Origin: Catajapyx aquilonaris
Taxonomy: Eukaryota
Assembly: GCA_000934665.2 (NCBI GenBank)
Contig: KZ538932.1
Span: 1-39,664 of the forward strand
DNA length: 39,664 nt
Direction of reading: 5' to 3'
The notes under the pieces are model-generated. The model ran no database searches and was not told the origin of the DNA. It was given only the letters and a program-made list of their open reading frames with translations. Shown one piece after another: positions 1 through 12,982 of this stretch. Every line of letters begins with the position of its first letter. Within the stretch, counting starts at the first letter, position 1. Made by a program: the position numbers and the translations under genes.

Positions 1-131
1 CGATGTGGGTTTCACATATATATTTTTCAAAAAAATCGATGACTATGACCTGACACCTTTTTTCACTCACTGGCTGATCTGAAATGGAACCACCCTATGG
101 TAAGTTTTATCTAGATCAAAACTTTAGTTAA

Positions 132-410
132 CCCTTAACTGGTGACCTGGGGTCTTTTAAGACCCCAGGTGCAATTTTTTTGTTATGAAAATATTGCATG
201 GTTAGGTATATGATTTTTTTAATTCTGTTATACGGCAGCTAGAGAGTTGAAAATTAAACCAAATTGTAGAAAACAATTGCAGGTGTTGTGTAAAAGGATT
301 AAAAAGCAAATATTTATCATTAAAGGCAATTTATATTTAAAATCCCCTGGGGTCTTAAAAGACCCCAGGTCACCGTGAGTGTTAGGATTTTCCAGGTCAC
401 TAGTTAAGTG
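132..410. mobile_element. piggyBac-like MITE
   Basis: TTAA at 128-131 and 411-414; TIRs CCCTTAACTGGTGACCTGG / CCAGGTCACTAGTTAAGTG; repeated internal palindrome CCTGGGGTCTT..AAGACCCCAGG. Confidence 0.8.
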
Positions 411-414
411 TTAA

Positions 415-1295
415 CCCTGTAGCGGGCATTGTTGCCTGAGGGCAACAATTAATTTGCGCAGGCGCCATAAGCTTCAACATTGGTCCTGGAAACAACAGTG
501 TGGCTTGATGTCCCAATTAGTTTGTTAGCTTCCGCTGGATGACATGCAATGTCGACAATGTTACGATCGGGATAAGATATGAAGCGGAGAGGAGCCAAGG
601 TCGTTGAAAATGGCGCGAAATTTGAATTTGCTGAAGCATCAATTGTTTCTGGAGCTGATTAGATATAGGTGCAGATATTAAATATCGAATTGCATGTGTA
701 ACACTGCAAGAGTAGCTCTCTCGTCGCCATTTGAGGCCATTCTAATTTTGCCAGCACAATTTCATCACAATTTTTTGGCGGCGCAGGCGCAATATTGCTT
801 GAGGCTTGAGTCCCAAGTCATTGTACTATTTTTATTCAAAAACCGAAACATTTACAGATATGACCATTACTACGTTTTTAAGGTCCGGCGATTACAATTT
901 CATCTGATAAATAGATGGCCCCGAGATCTCAAGGGGAGCCGGTAAACGAAAGGGGATCGTGACCCCCCACCCCAAGCTGCATGAGACGGTGGAAGGGTGG
1001 GGGTTATGATCGCCTTTAGTTTTCTGGTCCCCTTTGCGATATGGATGCCATCTATTTATCAGATGAAATTGTGATCGCCAGACCTTCAAAACTTAGCAAA
1101 GGTCATCTCTGTATGTGTTACCATTTTTGAATTAAAAAATACTCGCCATGACTTTTGACTCACCCGGTGTAACTTCAAAGTCATTGGGTCAGAGATGACC
1201 AAAACATAATAAAAACCATCCTTATGTCGCATATGATGAGAAAAAGGCGTTAGAATTTTTTTCTTCCCACAATCCTAAATGTGTGCAGTACAGGG
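415..1295. mobile_element. piggyBac-like non-autonomous element containing a palindromic MITE (~808-1150)
   Basis: TTAA at 411-414 and 1296-1299; CCCTGTA...TACAGGG termini; right half recurs at ~22725-23041. Confidence 0.7.
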
Positions 1296-1874
1296 TTAAA
1301 GCAGCATACACTATGTATAGCAGTACATTAAAAACCTGTGAATAACTCATTTATATAGTTTCTATGACCATTTTCGGATTATCCGGCAACACCTGTGCAT
1401 TCATTAGCCCGTACAATCAGAAATAAAGTGTACTTGAAACATCCTGTATAATTACTAAGAAAATTACACGGTTGAGGCAACCCAGGATCTAGTGCGACCT
1501 GCACACATACAAAAAAAACAAAAAAAAAGGATTGAGTGTTACTCAACTCTGACCCTATGACTGAAACCTATACTTTCCATGAAGAAATACCATCATACCT
1601 CTATACCCCTCTGTGGGGTGTCCCTGCTTCTCAAAGGAATCTTTATGAGGTTGTACCACACCTGGCAACAAACCTCAGAGATTTCAGTGATCTCAACCCT
1701 GGCTGGCAGTTAACCATTGTCAGGCAGACTTGACTCCATGTACAACTCGACAATGTGGGTCAGGATCGAATTACCATTATGTATACAAATAGGAAGTCAA
1801 CCTTCTGTCAACCCATGTCAACCCTGACCAGGATTCCAAAATTAATTATGTCAACATGCCTTAATTGCTCAGTA

Positions 1875-2338
1875 CAGTGGTGCCTCATTCTTCGAATTAG
1901 TTCTAGGAGGCCAGTCAAACTCTTTTAAAATTGTTCGAAATCCAAATCAGTTTCCCCATTAGAAATAATGCAAAGTGCATTAATCCATTTCGATAAACTT
2001 AAACAGCAAATACCCAATTAATGTAAATTAATTAAAAGTAACAATTAAATGCCCTAAATAATAAATTAAAACATGACAATAAAATACGTTTAAATACTGT
2101 CAATAAAGTGAAAGAAACTCGGAAAACACATGAGCATAACGTAAGCCATGCTTTCACAGCCACAGCGAGAAACGACTTGGGTTTGCAACAAATGGCGTTT
2201 ACGCAGCGAGTGCATTTTTTCACTGCAAGCGCAGTTCGAACTTAGGAGCATCGTTCGTACTCCACACACACACACATCGAATATCTCTCGAATTTAACAT
2301 TCAAACTTAAGAGTCTTTTGAAGTATGAGGTTCCACTG
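1875..2338. mobile_element. pogo/Tigger-like MITE
   Basis: TA TSD; termini CAGTGGTGCCTCA...TGAGGTTCCACTG. Confidence 0.7.
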
Positions 2339-2911
2339 TACTTTCAACCCTGAACAAAGGTTCAATGAACTAGGTCATCTGAGTGCAATCAACCTTGCCC
2401 TGTAAAACAAACTTGCATACCATGTCTACATGTTTATAAGAGGCTGAGCCATGTTCAGAATTCTAACCAGTTTGCCCCCAGGTATCAATTTCAAACCCTG
2501 GTGAAGCTTCAATTGGGGTTAAGTTTCTTGTCGAGAGATAATATAGCTTTATGCGAACTTTAAAACATGCAACCTACAACCCCTACTTGCAAAAATGGGC
2601 CTAAGATCGACTGTCTATTGTGAAGCAGATATTGTCCACTAAATTCCCACAAAGGCAAACGTAATGCATCATTCTCAGCCATTTCACAGGGTGCACGTTC
2701 ACGCACCTATTAGAGACCATGTGTTTATCCCCCTTCTCCCCCCCAAATCCTGTGCTTTCTCAACCATGGCCCCCTACCCACATTTTTGAATGCATGGGTG
2801 CACCTCCTTGCATGTCATTAAACTTTTCTTGGCTGATGCCATCACATCCTTTGACTTCCCCATAATACCAAGCCCTGCCAGCCCATCATCCCATTAAAGC
2901 AAGTGCATTAC

Positions 2912-3017
2912 CGATGACGACCCTGAGATGCTTGAATCTGGTGGCCGTGTCCTTCTTAGGGTCAAGAATCTTTTGGGTGGACTTCTTGACATCTGCATGC
3001 GGCTTCTTGCTGAACAT
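2912..3017 (-). CDS. RALGAPA1: Ral GTPase-activating protein alpha subunit, first coding exon (gene continues beyond window start)
   Basis: Minus strand reads [35 protein letters not shown] then phase-1 donor G|GTAATG; closely matches recalled RALGAPA1 N-terminus [23 protein letters not shown]. Confidence 0.93.
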
Positions 3018-3480
3018 TTCGACTTGCAGGCCAACCTCAACGGCTGGACAGTCTTGGCGGCTAAGTCACTATTCCTCTATTAGAATGGCCTCTTCACAAC
3101 CGACCGACTGACGTCTCAACCCATAGGCGAAAAGAACGTTGGGAAGGCGATTTGCCACACTCACTTCCCAGTAACACTCGTAATCAGTTTGATGACAGGT
3201 AGTATGAGACAGTGCTACACCGGAGAGGGGACCAGGTACAGGTAGGGGGACAGAGGGGAAGAAGGGAGGGAGACAGGAAAGATGAACACTACTGCCGCTC
3301 CGACATTCGCCTTTCCGTACACTACGCCATCTTGGAAAAGTTGTCCGGAGGGAAGGGAGGATGAGGGAGGAGGGGAAAGAGGAGGTGGAGGGGGGAAGCA
3401 GGAGTTGCCAGTTGTAGGTGAGGGATGCTGGATTGCCAGATGGTGACGTCACTTTGCCGCCGCCTTTCAAACTAATACCT
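3018..3480 (-). promoter_or_regulatory. RalGAP alpha 5' UTR / proximal promoter
   Basis: GC/CpG-richer than flanks; YY1/Pho-type AAGATGGCG on minus strand (3325-3333); full CRE palindrome GTGACGTCAC (3443-3452). Confidence 0.55.
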
Positions 3481-4444
3481 TATTTTTATTTTTACTGTTA
3501 AAAATCGTGAATACGTTCTCGTATATTCGATGGACCAAAATAGCAAATAGGATATGAAATTTGTCGAAATTGCTTCGTGTATATGCTTGAGGTTTTGTCT
3601 GCGTACAAAAGATATGAGTGTCGATTTAGAAGTCTACTCTGCCAACAACATGCAATAGACATGGTCAGAAGTGTGGACTATGAATTGGGCACAAAGATGG
3701 GAAAATATCATAACAAGTCGTAGGATATATACTTTGTCAGCAGATGGCCAGATATGATGAACATCTGCAGGGGATGAACCATGATGCAGATCTGTGGTTT
3801 TCCAACATGATGTTTAAATATAACAAACAATGGATTAGCCATTGACGTAAAATTTGTGGATTTTCAAAGCATTCGTTTGGGATCTGCTACTACAGGTTTA
3901 ACGTTTCCTGTAGGCCTACAGCAGCACAACACGTGCTTTCAGAAACATTTATTTACCGCGAAGTACTTGAGGCTGACCTTACCAGTTACCAGCTACAAAA
4001 GCACTCGCCCACATTCATATGAACATATCGCCATCACTGACTTTGGATTACTTGATGCAAAAGATGAAAGAAACCCTTCCTTACGCAGTTATTGTATTTA
4101 TGTCATTCGCTATGCCCAGCATGCAACTAATCGATGGAGACCCAAAGATGCTCCAGAAAAAATGCTTGAAGTAAGTATCAAAAATGATCATTCCATACAA
4201 GTATATAGCATTATAGGCCTACCGGTAACACAAACTCTGTTGGCGAGTCGTGATACGTTCTAATGAATACCATGTAAGAAACAGTTAGAAGAAACTCTAA
4301 GGGACCCCAGAAATCAGCATACACTAATATATTATCCTATAAGCTATAACTGATGGTGTTTCCTTTATGCAGAACAAATCGCCACTTTTGCAACAACTAT
4401 GCATACTGTCTTGCCCACTCGGCAAGGGAAAGCTGCAACATTAA

Positions 4445-4830
4445 CCCTTTGATGATACGGACATCATATGATGTCCGAGCTTACATTGCTTGAGGGCCTA
4501 CGGACATCACATGATGACTTGAGATTTGCCCTAACAACTTGGGACATTTTTCAACTCGTAAAATTCCAACCTCACCGATTTTCTTGAAATTCGGTGCATT
4601 GGTAGCCCACCCCAAGGGATGAAAACGCACTTCTAATTACCTGCTCGAAATGATCCTGTGATCCGTATTGGAGGGGGACATAATTATGTCAATGCACCGA
4701 ATTTCAAGAAAATCAGCGAGGTCGGAATTTTACCTCTGCCCTCATCAAAAATGGGTCACATGGTCATTTTGATCAGGTAACTATAGGTGCGTTTGTCATC
4801 CCTTGAGGTGGGCTACCAATGCACCGAATG
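4445..4830. mobile_element. piggyBac-like left end plus rearranged inverted-repeat remnant
   Basis: TTAA-CCCTTT start at 4441; 4558-4670 has inverted copies at 4690-4733 and 4748-4829. Confidence 0.45.
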
Positions 4831-5167
4831 GTCTGCAGATTTTTATTCTTTTCCATGCCTTCTATTCCTCAAGGGCACAAAAAGGTCAAATCTCTAACAA
4901 ATTAATACAAGGTCAGGGATACCTGCTGAAGAATCTCAGTTGGTTTTCAACTTCTTGCCCAGAGGTGAAGGATGAAAATACAGCTTCTCAAATGTAGACA
5001 GGTGGCCATGTTAGTTTTGCTCCTCATGCAAACCTATGCCATTTCATTAAGGCATGAAAAACCACAAGGGTTCTCACATATGTACATTATTATACTGTAT
5101 TTCAATTTTCCAACATATGGAATGCAGAAAGCTTTAAAAAATCCCTCTCACTACCTCTACAGTTATA

Positions 5168-5392
5168 CAGGGTGGTCCTGGTAACTCTGGCAAAAATCAC
5201 AGGGTGGGAAGAGGCCCCATAGGCAAGTATTTTGAGCTTATAGGTACCAATGTCCGGAAATGCCCTGTACGTGGAAATGCCCATACCCCCGTACGGGAGC
5301 ATTCCCGGACATGGGTACCTAATCTCAAAATACTTGCCTATGGTGACTCTACCGACCCTATGATTTTTGCCAGAGTTACCGGGACCACCCTG
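5168..5392. mobile_element. Tc1/mariner-type palindromic MITE
   Basis: TA TSD; CAGGGTGGTCC...GGACCACCCTG; nearly the whole element is an inverted repeat. Confidence 0.85.
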
Positions 5393-5613
5393 TAGATCGA
5401 TCAACATAAGAACACAACCGAGTGTGCATCGTCGTAGCGCACAGGATGCAATACTGGAATCAGAAGTGATCTGTACGGCCGTGCCAGTGTCAGAACTCAG
5501 AAATAAGTGTAACCTACAACAGATCATATCGTGCTTATGCACAGATCACTTCTCATTCCAGGATTGCATCCTCTGCACCACACTCGGTTGTGTTCTTATG
5601 TTGACCAATCTAT
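5393..5613. mobile_element. palindromic MITE abutting the previous element
   Basis: TCAACATAAGAACACAACCGAGTGTG / CACACTCGGTTGTGTTCTTATGTTGA arms extending inward. Confidence 0.8.
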
Positions 5614-5782
5614 AGTGCAATTCCCTAAATAGACTTTTCCAAAGGTGCATGTACAGTACAAGGTCCATTCAAATTCATGCCATTATTGGTGTGTCTAGCT
5701 TCAATAGGGCTAGTGAGAATAAGAAGCATTATATGCAAATATCCACTTGGAAATATATATGGTGATCAACACTCCACCAGTA

Positions 5783-6512
5783 GGGGAGACTGGGGCTAGA
5801 TGGCACACTTTTTACATTTCATTTTTTTCTGAGGCCAGTTAAGACTAATTCACTGTAATTTTTATACTGACTTGTTAATCCCCACACCTTAATACAGACT
5901 TTAATAGATAATTCACTTCAATTAGATCATCTCGCATATGAGAAATCAGCTAGATATTCATATTACAAGGACTATGCCAATGGACTCATCCCTGCCCCGT
6001 ATTTGCAGTTTAATTTACTAATTGAAATAACAAGGTTAGTAATAAACCTACGAAACAAATCAGATGGCTTCAGTATTAGGACAAGTCGGATAAACTTCAA
6101 TGAAGATGACTATTGTTCTTTATGTTCCATACAAAATCCTACATCCTTGCATCACTTAGGCCTACTATACGAATACAGTTTTATTTTGGGTGCTAGGCGC
6201 AACTATTTAATGGATATCCCGAAAGTCCCACCTGATTTGATACATAACTATTTTTTGCGATCTAACGAAAATGAACATTTATTCCCTTCACCATCTCGTT
6301 TTGACTCTCCATCATTTACTCAAATGGTCAAAAATCGAAAAATATCGGTACTGCTGCTGACAGTCTTTTGCGATTGAATTGAAAATAGGATGTAATGTGG
6401 AGCATGTCTATCTGCACCTACCACATAAGCATCATGTCCGTGAACCTAATATTCTCTTGAAAAATTTGACTGTGCCATTGTAGCCCTGTAGCCATCGTGC
6501 CCTGGTCTCACC
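5783..6512. mobile_element. pogo/Fot1-like non-autonomous element
   Basis: TA TSD; GGGGAGACTGGGGCTAGATGGC ... GCCATCGTGCCCTGGTCTCACC. Confidence 0.65.
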
Positions 6513-6992
6513 TAACACAAGAATGTTCATATATCTCATTTCTTGACATTCGAAAACTTGATTGTGAAATTTTAAAGTAACTCCATTGACTGATTCTTGT
6601 TTACTGAATTTAACTTGTTGCTTGGTGTTATGTAGGCCCACTGTCACACATAAACTTGACATTTAGAGGGCATTGATAAATGGGCAAAATCTACTGTTCA
6701 GTGAAGAACATTAACTTCCTGTTCACTGAACATTCATGTGTTACTCGGGCCCTTGTCCATTTCAATTAGCAATTTTTGAACAATGCTCCTTATTATGAAG
6801 CAATATATTAGTCAAATCAATGTCAAGAGTTATCACGATATTAGCAGGGAATATTATGTGTACTTACACATGCCATCATTTTTAACCAGTGCAGGGGGGG
6901 AGAGAGGATTATTCAGGTCAGATTTGTTGAGTCTTTGCCCTCATGGTAATGGGTCATTCACAATGTTTTACACTTGGAACTCCATTGCTATT

Positions 6993-7343
6993 GGGGAGGT
7001 GTAGTGGCTGAGATGGTAACATCTCGGCTTGCTGAATGAAAGGTCCCAGGTTCGATCCCTGGCTGGGAGCTCCCTTTCACCTGCGTCGGGAGGGTCTCTG
7101 ACCTACACCTCAGAGGTGTCTGGCAACCTAACCTCCAGGGGGACTGCACATGGCCCAAACGTTTAAGACATTGTACCTGCACAAGTGTCCCCTCCCCAAC
7201 AAATCCCTATCCCTACCCTACATCCTGATGTCCTTGCACGGTGATTGAAGAAAAACAAGTTTGTAAACTGATGGTGGTGTGCCAGCCCCCTATAACGACT
7301 TATAGTTGTATCACGAGGTAAAAATAAATAAATAAATAAATAA
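6993..7343 (+). mobile_element. tRNA-derived SINE
   Basis: Pol III A box and B box (GGTTCGATCCC); (AAAT)n tail; 15-bp TSD AACTCCATTGCTATT at 6978-6992 and 7344-7358. Confidence 0.92.
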
Positions 7344-7702
7344 AACTCCATTGCTATTCATGGCCCACAGGCAGTGGAGGAACTAGGCAAGAAAGCCCTA
7401 TTTCTGGGACATCATGAGGCTCCTTCCTCCTCTTCACTTTTTGCATACCAGTTGGGTAACGCAAAAATCTTTATTGTGTATAATATTATCTTGATTATAC
7501 TCTTGCCTAAAAATGGTATCACTAGGTAAAAATCATTCTGCTTGTATGCATGACACAATTCACCAGGCCTTACATCCAAGATGACAACTTCATCAGATGC
7601 ACAATGGATTTCCCCAGATCTGGATCTGATGTAACATAATTCTGACTATCCTGCATATAATGTTGAAAGTGAAAATATGAAAGGGTACCCTCTAGTCTAA
7701 TC

Positions 7703-8367
7703 CAATGGTTTCCAACCTTTCTCAAATTGTGACCCCCTTTTATAATAGCCAAGTAACCTGTGACCTCCCCCCCATTTTGCATAAAAAAGGCATTTTTATA
7801 GTGGAAAGAAAACAAAATATTTTCATAACATGATTATTGCCTAATATTGGGGAGGCGGAGTGGTGCTGCGGTAACGTATGCGCCCACGGATGTTAAGGTC
7901 TCTGGTTCGATCCCAGCCCGGGGACACCCCCTTCATCTCGTGCAGAGTTCAGGGTTACCTCTGGCTTCGTCTCGGGTGGTATTTCCACAGACTAAACCAC
8001 CTGGGGGAGTTCACTAAAAATGGCCACATTAAGACATTGCACTGCACCTTGCACATCCCCTCCTGTCATCCTGCCTGTGGGCCCGGGCGCTTCGTCAAAG
8101 GTTCCAATTGTGTACGTTGTACAAGTTAGTAAATAAAGGTCCATGCAATACCCCAAGAGGGGTCCAAGCACTATCCGGATTTATAATATTTATTATAATA
8201 ATAATATTATTATTGCCTAATATTTAATTAACCCAACATTTAACGAGATGGTTGCACTGCATCAGGCAAACAACTGCATAATTCACAGCTGAGTGTTTCT
8301 TAATGTCAAAAAACACCCTCGGCACACCCCAGAAAACCCTTTACGACCCACAGGTTGGGAACCACTG
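7703..8367. mobile_element. hAT (Charlie/Buster-like) MITE interrupted by a SINE
   Basis: CAATGGTTTCCAACC...GGTTGGGAACCACTG TIRs; nTCTA-type flanks GTCTAATC / CTCTAGTT. Confidence 0.7.
7849..8208 (+). mobile_element. tRNA-derived SINE
   Basis: A/B boxes (GGTTCGATCCC); AT-rich tail; 16-bp TSD ATTATTGCCTAATATT at 7833-7848 and 8209-8224. Confidence 0.92.
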
Positions 8368-9723
8368 CTCTAGTTTATGTAGATATTGCTTCTCATGATG
8401 CACCTGGAAAATGTCACAGGTAAAATGATTCACTAGGTAGTCAGTTTCAGTGAGGTGTATTTTTTCATCACAACACAACAATGTAAGCAAAACAACAACC
8501 GATAAAGACCACTGACCCAATCTAAACATCTGGACACAGATATTCCAAAAGATCTGTGCTTACTATAAGCACAAATGCTCATTTTCCATCACCTGAAAAT
8601 CACTGTAATTTAAGCATACAACTTCACATTAAATAATTTGGACAACATCAAATGGAAAGTCTTATTGGCATTATATCAGTCCACCACCACCCATTACATT
8701 AATACTGACATCACCTGTCCACCAATCAGTCCAGTGACTATTGTTGGAAGCTAAGGATTTATTACTTCGAAGTATTACTCCTACATGTGTGGCCACAAGC
8801 AATTTTTGATTAACTTTGAGCTCTTGCAACAACGAGAAAATTTCATATTGCTGAACACATGTATATACTGCACAAACTTAACTAGTAGCTCTGAAAACAG
8901 AAACAAATAAATACCAAAAACTTACATCTACAAATTGACTGTCCTTCATAAATATTCATATACTGAAAAATGCACAGCATGATATGTAAATCATTTAATA
9001 GATGCATCGTTGTAGTAGGATAAAACATAAGTTTACTCATAATGGCCAGAAATGCAATTAACGGAATAAAATGAAACAATGCAATCTTGTCTTCAGGGAT
9101 TCAAGAGATGACAATGGCGAGTTGAATATATCGTTGATTATCGGCTTAACATAAACTAATTGTAGCAATGCATCCCAAATGTGTATAAGCTAACATTCCT
9201 GGAAAGTAAAAAAAAGAGTACACAAGTTTTTGTTCTGAAAAGGGCACAGCTGCCAATGAATTGCAATCAAGTTATTGGCAGATGTGCTACAACTGATATT
9301 ATGCTAAATAGGAATATTGCTTCAAATCATTCAAAACTATCAAAACTCCTCATTAGATTGGCTGAAGAAGCTGTACACCCAAAGGACTCATTTACGATTG
9401 ACTTCTCCATAATAGCCTGTAAGTGTCCATCTACATGAATAGGAGGTATCCTTGTGGAACTCATTGCTTGTCACCTTATCATTCCCCATCTACCCTTCCA
9501 TCTACTGTATACAACTTGTTCTCTGTTGAGAGTCCAGACTACTCCATACTCTGGCTAAGGAAGAAAGCCTACATGTAAACAGCTTAACGCCACCTGACCT
9601 TTATGCTCTCATATACCAGATGCAGTGAGAAAATGTAACCAAAACAGCCCAAACATAACTAATGGTCTCATAAGGTTTCACAAGGCTGCCGGAGAGGCAC
9701 TACCTATATACAGTATATACATA

Positions 9724-10445
9724 CAGGGTGGGGCAAAAGTCATGGGTGGGTTTAAACGACGCAGCATGGCGTAAGTAACGAACGATTATATTTTAAAATA
9801 ATTACACTACACAGAGAAAGATATGCCATTTATGGATCAAGGTCCAAAAAAGTCACTTCTTGAACACAATACCTCCATATTCCTCCAAACGCCAGACGAA
9901 ACCCTTCATAAAGCGCAACAGCATGTCCAGGGAAATGTTTCTCACGGCGTGTCTTATCTGATCCTTAAGATCAGCCAATGACTGAGGACGTGTGGCGAAC
10001 ACCAAACTCTTCAGGTAACCCCACAAGCTGCCCACAAGAAGAAGTCGGGGGTGGTCAAATCCGGCGACTGCGACGGCCAAGGAATGTCCCCAAATCTCGA
10101 AATGACCCTCCCATGAAACACTTGACTTTTAATTTGTTCGGTGTTCACCACACGTCCTCAGTCATTGGCTGATCTTAAGGATCAGATAAGACACGCCGTG
10201 AGAAACATTTCCCTGGACATGCTGGAACGCGTTATGAAGGGTTTCGTCCGGTGTTTGGAGGAATATGTGTTGCCCGCAAAGGTGGACATCTATCCGGTAT
10301 TGTTTTCAAGAAGTGACTTTTTTGGACCTTGATCCATAAATGGCATATCTTTCTCTGTGTAGTGCAATTTTTTAAAAATATAATCGTTCGTTACTTATGC
10401 CATGCTGCGTCGTTTAAACCCGCCCATGACTTTTGCCCCACCCTG
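9724..10445. mobile_element. Tc1/mariner foldback made of two transposon right ends with transposase C-terminal remnants
   Basis: TA TSD; ~270-bp arms; minus strand encodes GRVISRFGDIPWPSQSPDLTTPDFFLW then (frameshift) WGYLKSLVFATRPQSLADLKDQIR. Confidence 0.9.
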
Positions 10446-10591
10446 TATATATAATATAGGTGAATGCAGGGGTTGAAATATTCAGATGCAAAGGTGCAAC
10501 TTTCACTCCAAAAGTGTCATGTGCACTCCAAACTGAGCCTTGGAGTGCAAAGTTTGCACTCCAGTTGGTCCTGCTTTTTAACATACCTTAA

Positions 10592-11005
10592 AGGGGCACT
10601 CCACTCAAAAAACAAGTTTGGCTCTAAAAATCGGGCAAAAAATCCTGAGTCCGACGGTGCAATTAGTTTTTCGCTACGCGGAACGGTAATCCCAGGGCGA
10701 GGCGTCAAAGTGTGTCGTCTGCTAATGAGCAGCGCCGCCACACGGGGAATAGGGGAACTGGAGGGCTGCACCGCTCTGGGATGGGCCTAAGCGCGCGGGC
10801 AGGCGGGAGCAGCCCTCCAATTTCCAAGGTCCCGAGGGCGTCGCTGGCAGACGGCCAGCTTCTAGTGCACTATTTGAATTTCCCCACTTTGACCCCTCGA
10901 CCTGGGATTACCGTTATGCGTAGCGAAAAACGGATTGCACCTTCGGATTCAGGATTCTTTGCCTGATTTTTAGAGCCAAACTTGTTTTTTGAGTGGAGTG
11001 TCCCT
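10592..11005. mobile_element. Kolobok-like MITE
   Basis: TTAA TSD (10588-10591, 11006-11009); AGGGGCACTCCACTC...GAGTGGAGTGTCCCT; ~120-bp TIRs; lies inside an older TGCACTCC-rich repeat (~10467-11100). Confidence 0.8.
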
Positions 11006-12936
11006 TTAACACAGTAATTAAATATTAAGCACTCCAAGTAAGCAATTTGCACTCCAGATGAAAGTCAGGAGTGCAAACTTTGCACCTGGACAAAAAAATT
11101 AAAACTAGTCTCCTATAGGTAGGAAAAGTTAAACAGGACCTTATAAATTTCCAAGCATTGAATGCCATTCAACCCTTCCCGAAGATCCACAGCATACCCT
11201 GGCAAACATACTAGACTATATTTTAGACAACTGCCCTTGTAAGTAAACCTACTTCAGCAACACATTGCCATATGACCAGCATATAGTGACCCCCTTATAC
11301 TGAAGGGATTTTGAAATGAACAGTGCTTGAATGAATGGAACCAATCAAGAGTGGAATCATGACACTTTGAATTAGAATATAAAATGAATATCCCATACAC
11401 CATAACAGGCAGGGTTGCATGGCATTGTCATTAGTACTGAACCAGAGCTGTAAATTTCACCCAGAAATGCTGGATTAAATTGTCCAGATTAATGATACTT
11501 GACAATTTTTCTAATTTTATTGCTTTAAATTTTTTGGGAATGCTAAGAAAATAACAGTAAGGTTGATTATCCTTGATTGATGTTAATTTCATTTTAACCA
11601 CAAGTTGACTTGTACAGTTTTGGGATGCATCACTTCAATTTACCCTTTGTACCTGGGAATTCTTTAAAAAATATATAACTCCACCAACAAAAATAAATAA
11701 TCTGCTTTTTGCCACCTAATTTACTACATAATCTCTGAGCTACAGGAGAACACAATAGATTGTGAGTACTCTCCACATGTCTTAGTTAGGCACTGGCTAA
11801 CTTGCAATAGTCTGTGAAGCTTTAGTAGTTTCCGCTTGAAAAATAGTCATGCAGAAGAGAAACTTGACTGTCTGAGGCAACATTGTGTTGCATCTCATAA
11901 GGATTATATTGCTTATTTGTTTCTGCTACAAGTTCTGTAGAATGCTTGTTAACAAGTGCAGAGTTGCAACTGGGACTAGGATATACAGGATTACATCTCA
12001 TATTTGGCAGTGCAGAAAACCCCAGATACCTAATGCGCTCTTACACAGAACAAGAGATATCCAAGATTTGACTGACATGCATATATTTGTCACCTGTGAC
12101 TATTGAGCCCATTATTCGGAAATTCCATTAAGTCGGTGATCTCCAACGTCTCTACACTGAGTGGGCTACAATCACCGTCAATGGTTACACTGCAGTCATG
12201 CTCTTGCCCAATAACATGAGTTAGCAATAATAACCTGGGGTCCATTTCATTCCTTCCCTCATTTCGTAATGAGGCAGAAATTCTTATGGATAAAAAGAAA
12301 TTTTACAGAATAGGGGTAGCAGACTGCACAAATTCATTCGACAGATTGGAGACCACTTCTGTAAACAATGCCTAAGTCTCTTTGCTAATTCTTGCAAACT
12401 TTCTCTCAACCTTGTGATAATCTTGATCATACATCATATAGTCCATTAGTTTATCAGCCGGTGTAGTATAAGGGGTAGTGAAAGTGGCATGATGTAAGGT
12501 GGTGTACGAAAGCCCTAGGCCATAAACAAATGCTCTGAGCAAGTTTTGTATAGCAAGATGGCTGAACTTGGTGGCACCAAGGTTGCGTGATACTTGTGGA
12601 TCCTGTGCTTCACAGATCCAGTTCTGGAATGCCAATTTTAATTTATAAAAGGGATAGGTGCCATCATGTTTGCCCTACTTATCAAGGACGCTCCAAACAC
12701 AATCACACCCATCAAATCAACAGATGAGTTCATTATATTTGAACACACACTCAGCATTATTTTGCAGAGGCACCATTGTGCTAGTCAGATTTATTCGCAA
12801 ACTATAATATATTATGCTTCAAAATGTGGCACAAGTTCCAGCACCTGCAAACTGGCACACCTAAAGTCTGTACACTCTATGCTGTGGCATCCTTCAATGC
12901 AAAGGAAGCTGATAGCTGAGTATCCGCTCATATCAC

Positions 12937-12982
12937 CTGCATGTCGCTGGATGATTCTAATTCTTCATCGCTGACCTCACAA
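12937..12982 (-). CDS. possible downstream TTLL5 exon (CEVSDEELESSSDMQ)
   Basis: TTTTAG acceptor, CAG|GTGATA donor; start phase fits the 15586 donor; no recognisable homology. Confidence 0.3.

Noticed and set aside
3069..3470. 133-aa minus-strand ORF
   Set aside because: Non-ATG start and Pro/Ser low complexity arising from the pyrimidine-rich RalGAP alpha 5' region
6993..7065. tRNA-like sequences (also 7849, 19850, 30410)
   Set aside because: They continue into SINE bodies with tails and TSDs and lack proper acceptor stems; not tRNA genes
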